DNA from: Mobula hypostoma
Lineage: Eukaryota
DNA: 64,000 nucleotides
Direction: 5' to 3'
Assembly (NCBI RefSeq): GCF_963921235.1
Contig: NC_086097.1
Coordinates: 212,228,001-212,292,000, forward strand
Part shown: positions 50,753 to 63,789 of the stretch, one piece after another
Layout of the letters: each line of letters opens with the position of its first letter
How positions within the stretch are numbered: position 1 is the stretch's first letter
Notes under the pieces: generated by a model
The model's input: only the letters and a program-made list of their open reading frames with translations
Databases searched by the model: none
Told to the model about the DNA's origin: nothing
Translations under genes and position numbers: made by a program

Positions 50753-52512
50753 CAAGTTTTGCCAGTTTGAGCTGTGAAAAAAACAAAAATAATAATAAAT
50801 AAATAAGTAATAACTATCGGGAACATGAGGTGAAGAGGCCATGAAAGTGAGTCCATAGGTTGTGGGAATAGTTCAGTGATGGGGTGAGTGAAGTTAAGTG
50901 AACGTAAAGACAATCCGCTTGCCATGGTGACGGCTGATCCTGTATGCAGCTGACTTGTGTGGAGCTAATGGTTGAATTCTGCTGTTTTCTTGTGGTGCAT
51001 TCCTGAGGGAAGCGCACATTTTCGAGACGGAACTGGCAGACCGTATTTGATGTGTGCAAGTGGGCTATTGGGCACGACTTTCACCACAGCAATGGTATCT
51101 TTGTGGAGGTGTACGTGATCTCTGTGGGAGAAGGCAGGGGAGTGTGGTTGCCTGGAAGAATTGGATCAGCCCATGATTGAATAGTGGAGAAGACTCGATG
51201 GGCCGAATAGCCTGCTTCTGCTCCTATATCATATGGTCTTATGATGTCCCAAATAAACCACCTCTACAGGCTATTTTTATGTGGCTGTTTAATAAGCTAA
51301 GTAACCAGGATAGAGCTATCTACCTCTTTATTAAAGATATTAAAAACTCAGATAACAATGGTGGCTGGTACAATGATGTGTGGCTTCCGGTAATGTGGCA
51401 GGGCACTTGGACACAGCAGCCTCTCTGAGTCCAACAAATGGAGCAAATGTGTTCCTCAGAGTGTTTCTTGTGATCAGAAGACCCTGTTGGACATTGATAA
51501 TATAAGTTACTGCAAGTCCGGTTCATTGGTTCATCGGTGACACCAACGGCATTGCCTGTTACAGACACCATGGGGGGAAGGCACCAGAGGCAGGCAGCAG
51601 ATGCGTCGGAATCTGTGCTGGGTCGGGGGCTGGCCCCTGTTGACCAGCACTCCTGTCTGTGCTACTCTCCAGTTTGCACTCTGTGTAAGACAAGCTGGAT
51701 TGTGTTCATCTGCAGCAGAGCCAGCATGAGATGAGGAACTGCTGTATACTTGTTCTTGCAGAAACATGGCTCCAGGACAACAACCTATGCATCATCAATC
51801 TTCAGGCCGTGCCACTTAGAGATTTGTGCTAACGTTTTTTTTTGTGACTGTACGTGCTGTGTAATGCGTGTGACTGTATGTACTGTGTTATTCACCTTGG
51901 CCCTGGAAAAATGCTGTTTCATTTAGCTGTACACGTGCATAGTTGAATGACAATTAAACTTGAAATTAAATTTGATGTATCACATCACATGCTAGGCATC
52001 TCTCAAATCTCCTGTACTTCTGAGAGAGGGGGAATGTGAGAGGGGTGGAATGAGTGGGGTAAAGAAAGAGGGAGAGAGTGGAAACAGGCACCACCTGTGA
52101 CAGTGGTTATGATCCTTAGATAAGGTTATAATATATTAATGACCACAGTTCATAAATTCTGCAGACTTAAGTAAATCTGTGCTGAAGTTCTGGATTTTGA
52201 ATTAGAATTGCACTGAGGCACTTCTCAATTTCTTAAACCGAAGAGGTTCTGTAGATACTGGAAATCTGGAGCAGCACACACAAAATGGAGGTCAGGCAGT
52301 ATCTGGAGTGATAAAAAGGCAGACTCCCCTCTCCGTAGCAGAGCGATCTCACCAATAACGGGCACGTTGTTTGGCAAGTTAGTGAACAGCACAGGCCTTC
52401 AATAAAGGGAAACCAAAGTTTATATATTTAATTGAGAGCTCTGTAAAACTGGATTCTAGGATCAAAATAGAGCAGTGCAGGTGAGTAGCTCATTAGTTGT
52501 GATCACATTGTG

Positions 52513-52805
52513 GGGTGGCATGGTAGCATAGTGGTTAGCACATAGCTTTACAGTATCAGTGACCTGGGTTCAGTTCCTGCCACTGCCCCTGAGGGGTTGA
52601 TATGTTCTTCCCATGACCACCTGAGTTTCCTCCAGGTGCTCGGGTTTCCTTTCACACCCCAAAGATATATCAGTTGGTCAGTTAATTGGTCATTGTGTAT
52701 TCTCCCGTGATTAGATTAGACTAGGATTAAATCAGGGTTTTGCTGGGCGGTGTGGCCCGAATGGCTGGAAGGACTTATTCCACGATGCATCGCAATAAAT
52801 AAATT
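52513..52805 (+). mobile_element. tRNA-derived V-SINE (HE1-like)
   Basis: TGGTAGCATAGTGGTTAG box A, GGTTCAGTTCC box B, V-domain, CR1-like tail and (AAAT)n. Confidence 0.8.
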
Positions 52806-52894
52806 AAACATTGGTCAGACTAAAATGGATAGCCACATTAAAGGCTATGTTACATAATTTCTACCATAAATTAGAGGGCATAACTGATAACTGA

Positions 52895-53118
52895 TTTGGT
52901 ATGTCAACAAAAACACTCAAAAACTTCTACAAATACACCGTGGAGAGCATTTTGACAGGCTGCATTACCGTCTGGTATGGGGTGGGGAGGGGGCGGTGGT
53001 GCTATTGCACGGGTCTGAAAGAAGCTGCAGAGGGTCCTAAATTTAGTCAGCTCCATCTTGGGTACTAGCCTACAAAGTACCCAGGATATCTTCAAGGAGT
53101 GGTGTCTCAGAAAGGCAG
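52895..53118 (+). mobile_element. Rex/Babar DUF1891-like fragment
   Basis: FGMSTKTLKNFYKYTVESILTGCITVWYG. Confidence 0.8.
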
Positions 53119-55300
53119 CGTTGGGACCACTTCTTTTTATGCTGTTTATCGATGATTTCGATAATGGAATAGATGGCTTTGTTGCCAAGTTTTCAGATGA
53201 TACGAAGATTGGTGGAGGAGCAGGTAGTGTTGAGGAAACAGGTAGGATACAGAAGGACTTAGACAGATTAGGAGAATGGGCAAGAAAGTGGCAAATGAAA
53301 TTCAATGTTGGAAAATGTATGGTCATGCACTTCGATAGTAGAAATAAATTTGGGGTCTATTTTCTAAAAGAAAATATTTTCTGAGATGCAGAGGGACTTG
53401 GGAGTCCTTGTGCAGAACAACCTGAAGGTTAACTTGCAGGTTGAGTCAGTTTGAGGAAGGCAAATGCCATGTTAGCATTCATTTCAAGAGGTCTAGAATA
53501 CAAGGGCAAAGATGTGATGCTGAGGCTTTATAAGGCACTGGTGAGGCATCACCTTGAGTATTGTGAACAGTTTTGGGCCCCTCATCCTAGAAAAGATGTG
53601 CTGGCATTGGAGAGGGTCCAGAAGAGGCTCAGAAGGATGATTCCAGGAATGAAAGGGTTATCATACGAGAAAGGTTTGATGGCTCTGGGTCTGTACGTGC
53701 TGGAATTCAGAAGGATGAGGGGGGATCTCATTGAAACCTTCTGAATGTTGAAAGGCCTAGACAGAGTAGATGTGGAAAGGATATTTCCCATTGTGGGGGA
53801 TTCTAGGACAAGAGGGCACAGCCTCAGGATAGAGGGGTTCCCTTTCAAAACAGAGATGTGGAGAAATTTCTTTAGCCAAAGGGTGGCGAACTTGTGGAAT
53901 TTGTTGCCACATGCAGCTGTGGAGGCCAGGTCATTGAGTGTAATTAAGGCAGAGATTGATAGGTTCTTGATTGGACATGGCATCAAAGGTTACGGGGAGA
54001 AGCCCAGGAACTGGAGTTGAGGAGGAGATAAAAAAAATGGATCAACCATGATTGAATGGCGGAGCAGACTCAATGGGCCATATACCTAATTAGAAACATA
54101 GAAACATAGAAACATAGAAAATAGGTGCAGGAGTAGGCCATTCGGCCCTTCGAGCCTGCACCGCCATTTATTATGATCATGGCTGATCATCCAACTCAGA
54201 ACCCTGCCCCAGCCTTCCCTCCATACCCCCTGACCCCCGTAGCCACAAGGGCCATATCTAACTCCCTCTTAAACATAGCCAATGAACTGGCCTCAACAGT
54301 TTGCTGTGGCAGAGAATTCCACAGATTCACCACTCTCTGTGTGAAGAAGTTTTTCCTAATCTCGGTCCTAAAAGGCTTCCCCTCTATCCTCAAACTGTGA
54401 CCCCTCGTTCTGGACTTCCCCAACATCGGGAACAATCTTCCTGCATCTAGCCTGTCCAATCCCTTTAGGATCTTATACGTTTCAATCAGATCCCCCCTCA
54501 ATCTTCTAAATTCCAACGAGTACAAGCCCAGTTCATCCAGTCTTTCTTCATATGAAAGTCCTGCCATCCCAGGAATCAATCTAGTGAACCTTCTTTGTAC
54601 TCCCTCTATGGCAAAGATGTCTTTCCTCAGATTAGGAGACCAAAACTGCACACAATACTCCAGGTGTGGTCTCACCAAGGCCTTGTACAACTGCAGTAGT
54701 ACCTCCCTGCTCCTGTACTCGAATCCTCTCGCTATAAGTGCCAGCATACCATTCGCCTTTTTCACCGCCTGCTGTACCTGCATGCCCACTTTCAATGACT
54801 GGTGTATAATGACACCCAGGTCTCGTTGCACCTCCCCTTTTCCTAATCGGCCACCATTCAGATAATAATCTGTTTTCCTATTTTTGCCACCAAAGTGGAT
54901 AACTTCACATTTATCCACATTAAATTGCATCTGCCATGAGTTTGCCCACTCACCCAACCTATCCAAGTCACCCTGCATCCTCTTAGCATCCTCCTCACTG
55001 CTAACACTGCCACCCAGCTTCGTGTCATCCGCAAACTTGGAGATGCTGCATTTAATTCCCTCATCCAAGTCATTAATATATATTGTAAACAACTGGGGTC
55101 CCAGCACTGAGCCTTGCGGTACCCCACTAGTCACTGCCTGCCATTCTGAAAAGGTCCCGTTTATTCCCACTCTTTGCTTCCTGTCTGCTAACCAATTCTC
55201 CACCCACACCAATACCTTACCCCCAATACCGTGTGCTTTAAGTTTGCACACTAATCTCCTGTGTAATTCTGCTTCTATGTCTTATGGTCTTATGGTCTTA
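53119..55300 (+). mobile_element. CR1 3' part whose tail is split by a young antisense CR1
   Basis: ORFs from 53058 to 54020 carry CR1 motifs; the tail resumes at ~55264 (TAATTCTGCTTCTATG(TCTTATGG)n). Confidence 0.9.
54092..55263 (-). mobile_element. Young CR1 LINE, 5'-truncated, uninterrupted 351-aa ORF2 C-terminus
   Basis: ORF 54196-55251 is nearly identical to the 18-19 kb and 59-60 kb copies; (CTATGTTT)n tail; TAAT on both sides. Confidence 0.97.
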
Positions 55301-57129
55301 TATCAGTGTGAGAATTGGAAGAGAATCTGGTGATGTTGTGACTTTGTTAGACCATAAGACCATAAGATAAGAGGAGCAGAATTGTTGGAGAGTCTTGGGG
55401 GGTGTGGTGGAGTGAGTAGCACCCGAGGCTTGAACTACCATTTTAGGGAATGTTCACTAATCTTAATCATTCTGGTGAGATGATTCAACTTCATATGGCC
55501 CCATCTCGAAGTCCATATTGTTAAACGCCTGGCATTGACAGCAATCAGCTCCCACTGCCTCTGTGCCTGATACTGAAGGATTATCTGGCCCCTTATCAGC
55601 ACTTAGCATTCCTTCAACACAGGCCTTGAAAGCAGCATCCAAAAATCTTGAACAGTGCCTAATCCCATGTTCCACCAATTTTTGAGCAACACACATAAAA
55701 CGCTGGAGGAACTTCAGCATTTATGAATGGGAATAAAATTCAATGTTTTGGGCCATGAGCCTTCTTCAGAATTTTTCAGTTCCCCAGATCAAATTCACCC
55801 TCTGCATCAGCTACAACCTCAGTGCACTCCGCTATTAAGAAGTGCAGGCTGGTTTTAACCAAAACTAGCTATTCATGTTAATCATTCCTAACAGATGTAT
55901 TTAGCCAATCACCAGCACCATTCGTACTGGGTGGAGAATGGCAACACTGAACAGGTAGCACAAAGTTGTCATACTTCCAAATTGCAAACGGTAGATTTGA
56001 GTTAACTGTGAGTCACAACTTCTATGTGCGCAGCCATTGGCTGATAAAGTTATAATTGAACTTAAAATCTTCATCGTTCTGTTCCTGCCAATTATTTTGT
56101 TGGTTAGCAATCTTTCAAAATGCACTCCTCTAAGAAAATTAACTAAATTGGAGTGCAAGTTTTTACCACATCTAAAATGGTACTTTGTAGATATATGCTA
56201 ATACTGAAATACTGGAAAATATTAAAATAAATTGAAATTCTTTCAGATTAAGAGACATATATTTAATACAAATTTATCATCTGGAGGGCTGTATTGCTCT
56301 AATATATTTTCCAGTGCGGCTTTAATAAACCGAAGGAAGATTTATATCGTATTTAAATTAAAATGTCTCGTACTTCACATTCTATATCCCTTAATGAAAT
56401 ACAGTACAATTTAAATTATTAAAATTGGTATCAAAGGAAGCAAATATATTTTGCATAAATTGTGTAAAATACTATAATCTTTATTCATTCCTGAGATGGG
56501 GGGTGGGGGGGGGCGAGGTTCACGGGAGAATATTCATATGACGAAGGTGCTTTTGCTGTGCCATTAGGTGGAGAAAGAATTTTGACTGAAAAATATTTGG
56601 AATAATACTTGTTCCCTTGGGCTTGTTTTCTTGTCCTTCAAAGTGTTTGGAATTGTGTCTTTAGAGGCCTGAAGGTTCATGTCCCAGAACCTTATTGAGC
56701 CTTCAAGAGAGATAACACTAGTAGTCTTTTTCTGAGTAATAGCCCTGTTAGCTTAGTAGACAACAGCTTCCACCTGTTCTGTTTAAGAACATAGGCTTTG
56801 ACTGGGTGCACAATGAAAACACCTTCATCTCATGAATCTCCTGTGAATCTCATCTCTCCTCAGATGCCAGGAGTGAATAAAGTAGTGTCTTACCTTATTT
56901 ATCAAAAATGTACTTTGGTTCCTTTGATAGCAACCGGCTTTAAATTTGTCCTGTGTTTTGTGGACAGGATGCATTTATAACATCTTAAAAAATTTGGTTG
57001 GCTAGAAGCTGGTTGTGTCATTGTACTGTGTTCAACTTGTTTACGTTTGAGCAGACTGCTGCAGCTTGATCTCTTAGACTCCTCAATAAGCCAGAAATTC
57101 CTCTGAATTAGCACTAAGTTGGCAGGGTA

Positions 57130-58740
57130 AAGGTTACAGAATATAGAACAGTACAGGCACAGGACAGATCCTTTAGCCCATGATGTCTTGTTGACCTTTT
57201 AACCCTCCCCTCCTGCATCACCCTCCATGTGCCCATCTAAGAGTCTCTTAAATGTCCCTAATGTATCTGCCTCTACCACAATGCCTGGCAGCACATTCCA
57301 CACACCCACCACTGTCTGTGTGAAAAAAATTACCTTTGACGTCCTCCTTATGCTTTCTTCCAATCACATTAAAATTATGGCCCCTTGTATTAGCCATTTC
57401 CACCATGGGAAAACGTCTCTGGCTGTCCATTCGATCTGCATCTCTTATGGTCTTGTACACCTCTATCAAGGTACCTCTCAATGTAGGGCCATGAGGTTAA
57501 GGATGTTGGTAGATAACATTCACTTGCTTCACTGCCCCTCGGTGGCTCATGGATGCAGAGTTTAGAGTTGTTGAATGTATTCTGAATTGATTTCTTCTTG
57601 CGTGAAAGCCTAGAAGAAAGTTAGTTTCACCGTAGCATTCAGCGTGGAAACAGGCCGCTCAGTTCAGCTCATCTGCACTGACTAAATGTTCTCTTTCCAT
57701 ATTCATCTCCTCTCTCATCACTTGGTCCATTGCCTTCAATTCCTAGGCAACTCAAGTGGTCATCTAGATTCTTCTTAAATGCTGTCAGTGACCCAGCCTT
57801 AACCACTCTCTCAGGGAGTGCATTCCAGGTGTTCACTGATCTCTGAGGGAAGGAAGTCCTCCTCCTGTACCCTCTTAAACTCTTCCCCCTTACCCTATAC
57901 TATGTCCTCTAATCTTATCTACCTCTGAAATGGGGAAAGTCCTGCAGTCTACCCAGTCTATACCTTCATAATTTTATATATCTCAATAATGTCCCCTCTA
58001 AACCTCCTCCAGTCCAGAGAGAACAGAGCTAACTTCTTTAGTCTCTCTTATAGCTGAACCACCTCATCCTAGGCAACATGCAATATCCAATCAAACCTTC
58101 TAGCACTGTCATATCCTTCCTATAGCATGGTAACCACAATTGCACGTAATAGTGTACATAGGTGAGATTTGACCAATGTTTTATAAAATTGGAGCATAAT
58201 CTTCCTATTTCTCTATTTAATGTCCTGGCTAATGAAAGTTGGTGTCCAATGTGTCGTGCTAACCACATCATCTACCCGTGTTGTCATCTTCAAGGATCTA
58301 AGGATGTACTACAAAGTTTCTCAATTCCTTAATACTCCCCTAGACCCTTCATTCACGGTGTTTGCCTCAGCCCAAAACACATTTGTCTGAATTAAAACCC
58401 ATCTGCCATTTTAAAATTCATTTTATGAACACATTAAACTCTCTACAGAGCCTAACATTACCACTATCAACAACTCCACCAATTTTGCTATCATGTCTTC
58501 TTCGGCCAAGTCATTCACCTATCTTATAAAAGCAAGTGTCCCAGCACTGATTCTTGCAAGACACCATTAGTCACAAGTATCCAATCCTGTAGAAACAGCC
58601 CTCTGAAATAAATATTTGTTTCCAAATGCCAAACCAATTTTTGCATCCAGTTTGTCAACTTGCCCTGGATCCTATGGATCTTAACATTTTGAACCATGTG
58701 GGACCTTGTCAAAGGTCTTAAAGTCCACAGTCGTGAACAA
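57130..58740 (-). mobile_element. Two older CR1 fragments
   Basis: MRGTLIEVYK..TRGHNF and GVLQESVLG motifs. Confidence 0.8.
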
Positions 58741-58868
58741 TCTATAGTATTGAACCAAGTAGCCAATGGCTTCTGAATTAGACTGTGTGAATGATGGTAC
58801 TAAACTCTTTTTCTGGCAGATCACAATGTGGGTTTGCTTCAGTATCTACACATGCTTGAAAAAAATAA

Positions 58869-60288
58869 ATAGAAACATAGAAACATAGAAAATAGGTGCA
58901 GGAGTGGGCCATTCGGCCCTTCGAGCCTGCACCGCCATTCAATATGATCATGGCTGATCATCCAACTCAGAACCCTGTACCTGCCTTCTCTCCGTACCAC
59001 TTGATCTCTTTAGCCACAAGGGCCGTATCTAACTCCCTCTTAGATATAGTCAATGAACTAGCCTCAACTGTTTCCTGTGGCAGAGAATTCCACAGATTCA
59101 CCACTCTCTGTGTGAAGAAGTTTTTCCTCATCTCGGTCCTAAAAGGCTTCCCTTTTATCCTCAAACTGTGACCCCTAGTTCTGGACTTCCCCAACATCGG
59201 GAACAATCTTCCTACATCTAGCCTGTCCAATCCCTTGAGAATTTTATACGTTTCAATAAGATCCCCCCTCAATCTTCTAAATTCCAGAGAGTATAAGCCT
59301 AGTCGATCCAGTCTTTCATCATATGAAAGTCCTACCATCCCAGGAATCAATCTGGTGAACCTTCTTTGTACTCCCTCTATGGCAAGAATGGCTTTCCTCA
59401 GATTAGGGGACCAAAACTGCACTCAATACTCCAGGTGTGGTCTCACCAAGGCCTTGTACAACTGCAGTAGTACCTCCCTGCTCCTGTACTCGAATCCTCT
59501 CGCTATAAATGCCAGCATACCATTCGCCTTTTTCACCGCCTGCTGTACCTGCATGCCCACTTTCAATGACTGATGTATAATGACACCCAGGTCTCGTTGC
59601 ACCTCCCCTTTTCCTAATCGGCCACCATTCAGATAATAATCTGTTTTCCTGTTCTTGCCACCAGAGTGGATAACCTCACATTTATCCACATTAAATTGCA
59701 TCTGCCATGAATTTGCCCACTCACCTAACCTATCCAAGTCACCCTGCATCCTCATAGCATCCTCCTCACAGCTAACACTGCCGCCCAGCTTCGTGTCATC
59801 CGCAAACTTGGAGATGCTGCATTTAATTCCCTCATCTAAGTCATTAATATATATTATAAACAACTGGGGTCCCAGCACTGAGCCTTGCGGTACCCCACTA
59901 GTCACTGCCTGCCATTCTGAAAAGGTCCCGTTTATTCCCACGCTTTGCTTCCTGTCCACCAACCAATTCTCTATCCACATCAATACCTTACCCCCAATAC
60001 CGTGTGCTTTAAGTTTGCACACTAATCTCCTGTGTGGGACCTTGTCAAAAGCCTTTTGAAAATCCAAATATACCACATCCACTGGTTCTCCCCTATCCAC
60101 TCTACTAGTTACATTCTCAAAAAATTCGATGAGATTTGTCAGACATGATTTTCCTTTCCCAAATCCATGCTGACTTTGTCCGATGATTTCACCGCTTTCC
60201 AAATGTGCTGTTATCACATCTTTGATAACTGACTCTAGCATTTTCCCCACCACCGATGTCAGGCTAACCGGTCTATAATTCCCCGGTT
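58869..60288 (-). mobile_element. Young CR1 LINE, 5'-truncated (one premature stop at 59423)
   Basis: ORFs 59423-60322 and 58967-59422. Confidence 0.97.
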
Positions 60289-60639
60289 TGCTGCATGAAG
60301 TCTGCAATGAAGTCTGCTGCATCTTTAAGTTGAAACTGAGGGCCCAAACATTATTGTCATGTATATTTCGAAATCAGAGCAGGTAGATTTCAAATCCCAG
60401 AACCATTTCATCATGTAGCTTGCAGAACTGTTGCACAGATATTATTACTTCAGTTCAAGACTTGGTTGTTACTTTGATTTAATTCTGCTTATTGAGACTG
60501 AATTTGATATACCTTATTGACTGCAGTTTTGTAGTGGTAAAAACTATGTTGGATATTAATAAAATCTGAAAACACTCCAATCAGAAACTAAAATCCAAAA
60601 CATGTTCAATCCCTACATCTGTGTCAGCCCACGTATGGG

Positions 60640-60822
60640 TAGCATAAATCCAGCCCTACCCAGGATTAACCAAGGGGCTTTTTCTGACAATCCAGTAGTT
60701 TCATTATCACCATTGCTGGAACTAGCTTTTTAATTCCAGAGTTATTTAATTAATTATCACAGTTTGAATTCCCCAGCTACCATGGTGGAACTCAAACGTG
60801 TCCCTGGACCGTTATTCAGGCC
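60640..60822 (-). mobile_element. Old tRNA-derived SINE remnant
   Basis: GAATTCCCCAGCTACCATGGTGGAACTCAAAC resembles a reversed box-B region of old shark SINEs. Confidence 0.45.
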
Positions 60823-62439
60823 AGGTGTTCATATTAACGGCTGTATTAGAGAGTTCGACGCATAAAGTTTCAGTCCTCCTTAAGCTATCTCCAGATTATA
60901 ATGAGAGGAAAGCAGCAAATTCGTATTAAGGTAATTGAAATTCCTGGTGTTTTGAATGAGAAGTGCTAAAGAGGTAAAATAAAAAAGCTGTCATAATCCA
61001 TCTGGTGCTTTAACACCCCAAGCTAAAGACATCTGTTTCAAAAATAACTTCAGACATTGACTTGGAGCCAGTGTCACGTCTCATTTAATAGTCAATTAAT
61101 TGACTAGAAAGTTGAGAGTATAACAACTGTTAGTTACTTGGGGGATACTTCAACTGGTTGTACATTGGTTAATATATTTACATTCCTTTGTGCCTTATTT
61201 TAATTAGTTGTTAAACTGTTTAAAATAAATGAATTAAGGAATGCTAAAATAGTGCACAAAGGAATTCTAGACAAGCTCATTAACCAGTATCCAGCCAGAG
61301 GACATTAAACTCCTTGAATTAGAATTGGTCCAATTGAATTAAAGGTGGAATACTATGTGGGAGTTTATTGTACAAGCCAAAAATTGGAGCCTGCAGAGCA
61401 GTAACCAGCTCAGTGTGTTCAAAACAATCTGAAACACAGCGCCAACAATGCTGTTCTCACGTTATTAATATAGTGGGATTGTCCCATCAGACTTCATCTT
61501 GTCCACACTTGTAGTCAAACTGAAAACATCACACCATTAGAAGAAAGATCTATGGCGATATAGAGAAGCAAGAGTAAGTGCCAATTGGCACCTTTCATGA
61601 AAAAGAGCTAATCTGTACATCTTGTTTGTCAATGGCTGTTTTTCCTTATGATAGATAATAAGCAATAAATGCCTAAACTTCAGATCCAGATGTTAATGAT
61701 TTTTATATAGTATTTGATTTTTTATTGGCATAAACAATTTCAAACACACTATCATCTTTATTTAGTTCATACACGAACATACCTTATCCAAGAATGGCTG
61801 CCAGTAAATGACTGTCTCAGCAAATGCATGTTGTATAGACTAACACACTATGTAAGCATGAAATGGTCAGGCTGGGGTCCAGGTCATCAGACAAATTCTG
61901 TGAACCAGGTGGCAGTGTGGGGCAGTATCAGATGAGCAATGTGCTACAGACCAGCTCCAAATACAAACCACCCTAGACGTGTGGAGAGGTGATTTAGCAA
62001 CTGATGAGCACATTAACAACCTGGTCCCAGCAAGGGTGAAATTTGTTGCAGAAAGAGATATTTGTGGAGCTTGAACGTGATGATGTGAAAGCTTGCACTA
62101 TGACTTTTGCCCTCTTCCAGAGTGATATTTGTTTCATTATCATGCACATACTGAACTGACCAAGAAGCCACTGCCACAAAGAGGTCCTTGGTTTTTTTTC
62201 TTGGTAAGTATGAAGCCTACTGAGGCCATGATTCATCTTTCAGTATCCAATGCCAACTGGCACTTCATTCATGCGAAATGTATGGTTTAGTCTTTGAATT
62301 TCATGCATTTTGTATAGAGTTACTTCAATGTGAGCAATCTGCATTGTTAGGCAGTTATTAACTAATCTTCAAGCATTGATAGAACTTGATAGATGAAGTT
62401 ACCTGTTAATCTTCTAGTTGTTCTTCAAACTTTCTTTTT

Positions 62440-62620
62440 AGGATAAGGTTAGCTTTATCTGTCACATGTATATTGAAACATTGAAGCATATAGTGAAATG
62501 TGCTGCTTTTCATTAACGACCAACACTGTCCAAGGAGGTGCTGGGGGCAACCCACAAGTGTTGCCATGCTTCTGGCACCAACATAGCTTACCTACAATCA
62601 ACATAGCTTGCCCACAATAT
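62440..62620 (-). mobile_element. SINE/Rex-type 3' end
   Basis: Minus strand ends CATGTGACAGATAAAGCTAA, like the other Rex-type tails in this window. Confidence 0.5.
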
Positions 62621-62665
62621 GTATAAGGCTGGTATTCATCTTCATCTTTACCTTTATTCGCAGGG

Positions 62666-63788
62666 CAGTGTTTCCCAACCTTTTTTTAGCCCAGTGCCCC
62701 CCATGAAGCACGTGTAAAAACATCTCTACCGTATGCTAACATGAGAAAAATTATTCTGCTTTAAATTTTTATTTGTCTTCAAACCTAGTTTACACAGTAT
62801 CTGTGCGCTGTACAGCAGCTTCGATATCAATGTGATCCTTGAGCTTGATGGTCTTTAGCAAGAATTGAAATATTTGGTTCAATCTGTGACAGCAAAAGCC
62901 TTAAGTCCTCACGTGTAATAACGTCCAAGTGGTTTCTGTTTTCTTGTGAGTATGTGGTTCACTGCACTGAAGCCCCTTTCAATGAGGTAGGAGGGTGGAA
63001 ATGCAATGAAGAGCAGTTTGGCTCTTCTACAAAGACCAGGAAACTTCATATGATAGTGTAGCTATATACAGCAAAGCCGACAATTTTGTAAAGCATTTTG
63101 CTTCTTCATCATTCTGAATTTCGATAATTTCTACATGCAAGCTCTTTCCTGTTTTTCCACCTTGTAATGAGACGAGTTAATTACCCAGTCTGGAATTTCC
63201 AGATCGTTCAAATCCTTGAACTGATTCTGAAAATCCTTCTTTAGTGACTGCAGGTGTAAGCAGTACTCTTGCAAATCACCATCTGTGAAAGAGAATTCTA
63301 TACTTTCCATATAGGGAAACTGTGAGAACATGCTTCTCCCAATGTTTTGCTTATATATTTCTGATTTTCTGATAAAAGTGGACACTGCATTTTTTGCCTG
63401 GATTAAATTGAAATTCTCACCCTGCAGGTTCAATTGTCATACAGATCAGCTAGGTATGTCACATCTCTATGAGAAATTTCGATTTTGTTTCCTAAGTTCT
63501 TGTTGACTTTCAGTAAATATTCAACTAAAGTGTCAAAAACATCAAAGAAATGTTTTAAGCAGCATCCTTTTGACAACCAATGCACTTCAATGTGAAAAAG
63601 CAAGCATTGTTATCTTGGCATAACTGGTGAAATATTCTGCTATTTAATGGATGATCTTTAATTTTGTTGATAGCAGATATTACAAGAGTCATACTTGAAA
63701 AAAGTCGCTGGCTGAGGTTTTTGGCTGTGAGATGTAGATGATGAATTACACAATGGATTACAAACAGGCTTGGAATTTCTTTTTTGAA
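62666..63788 (-). mobile_element. hAT (Charlie/Buster, ZBED8/SCAND3-like) transposon remnant
   Basis: Terminal CAGTGTTTCCCAAC; HCVIHH.HLTAKNL, LNSRIFHQLC, NLQGENFNLIQAK and LEIPDWV transposase motifs. Confidence 0.85.
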
Positions 63789-63789
63789 T

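Noticed and set aside
52513..52590. tRNA gene
   Set aside because: The box A/B motifs belong to a SINE head followed by a V-domain and a LINE tail; there is no intact cloverleaf.
56560..57120. Possible Gypsy gag remnant on the minus strand (CYKC-like motif)
   Set aside because: Too degenerate to support as a feature.
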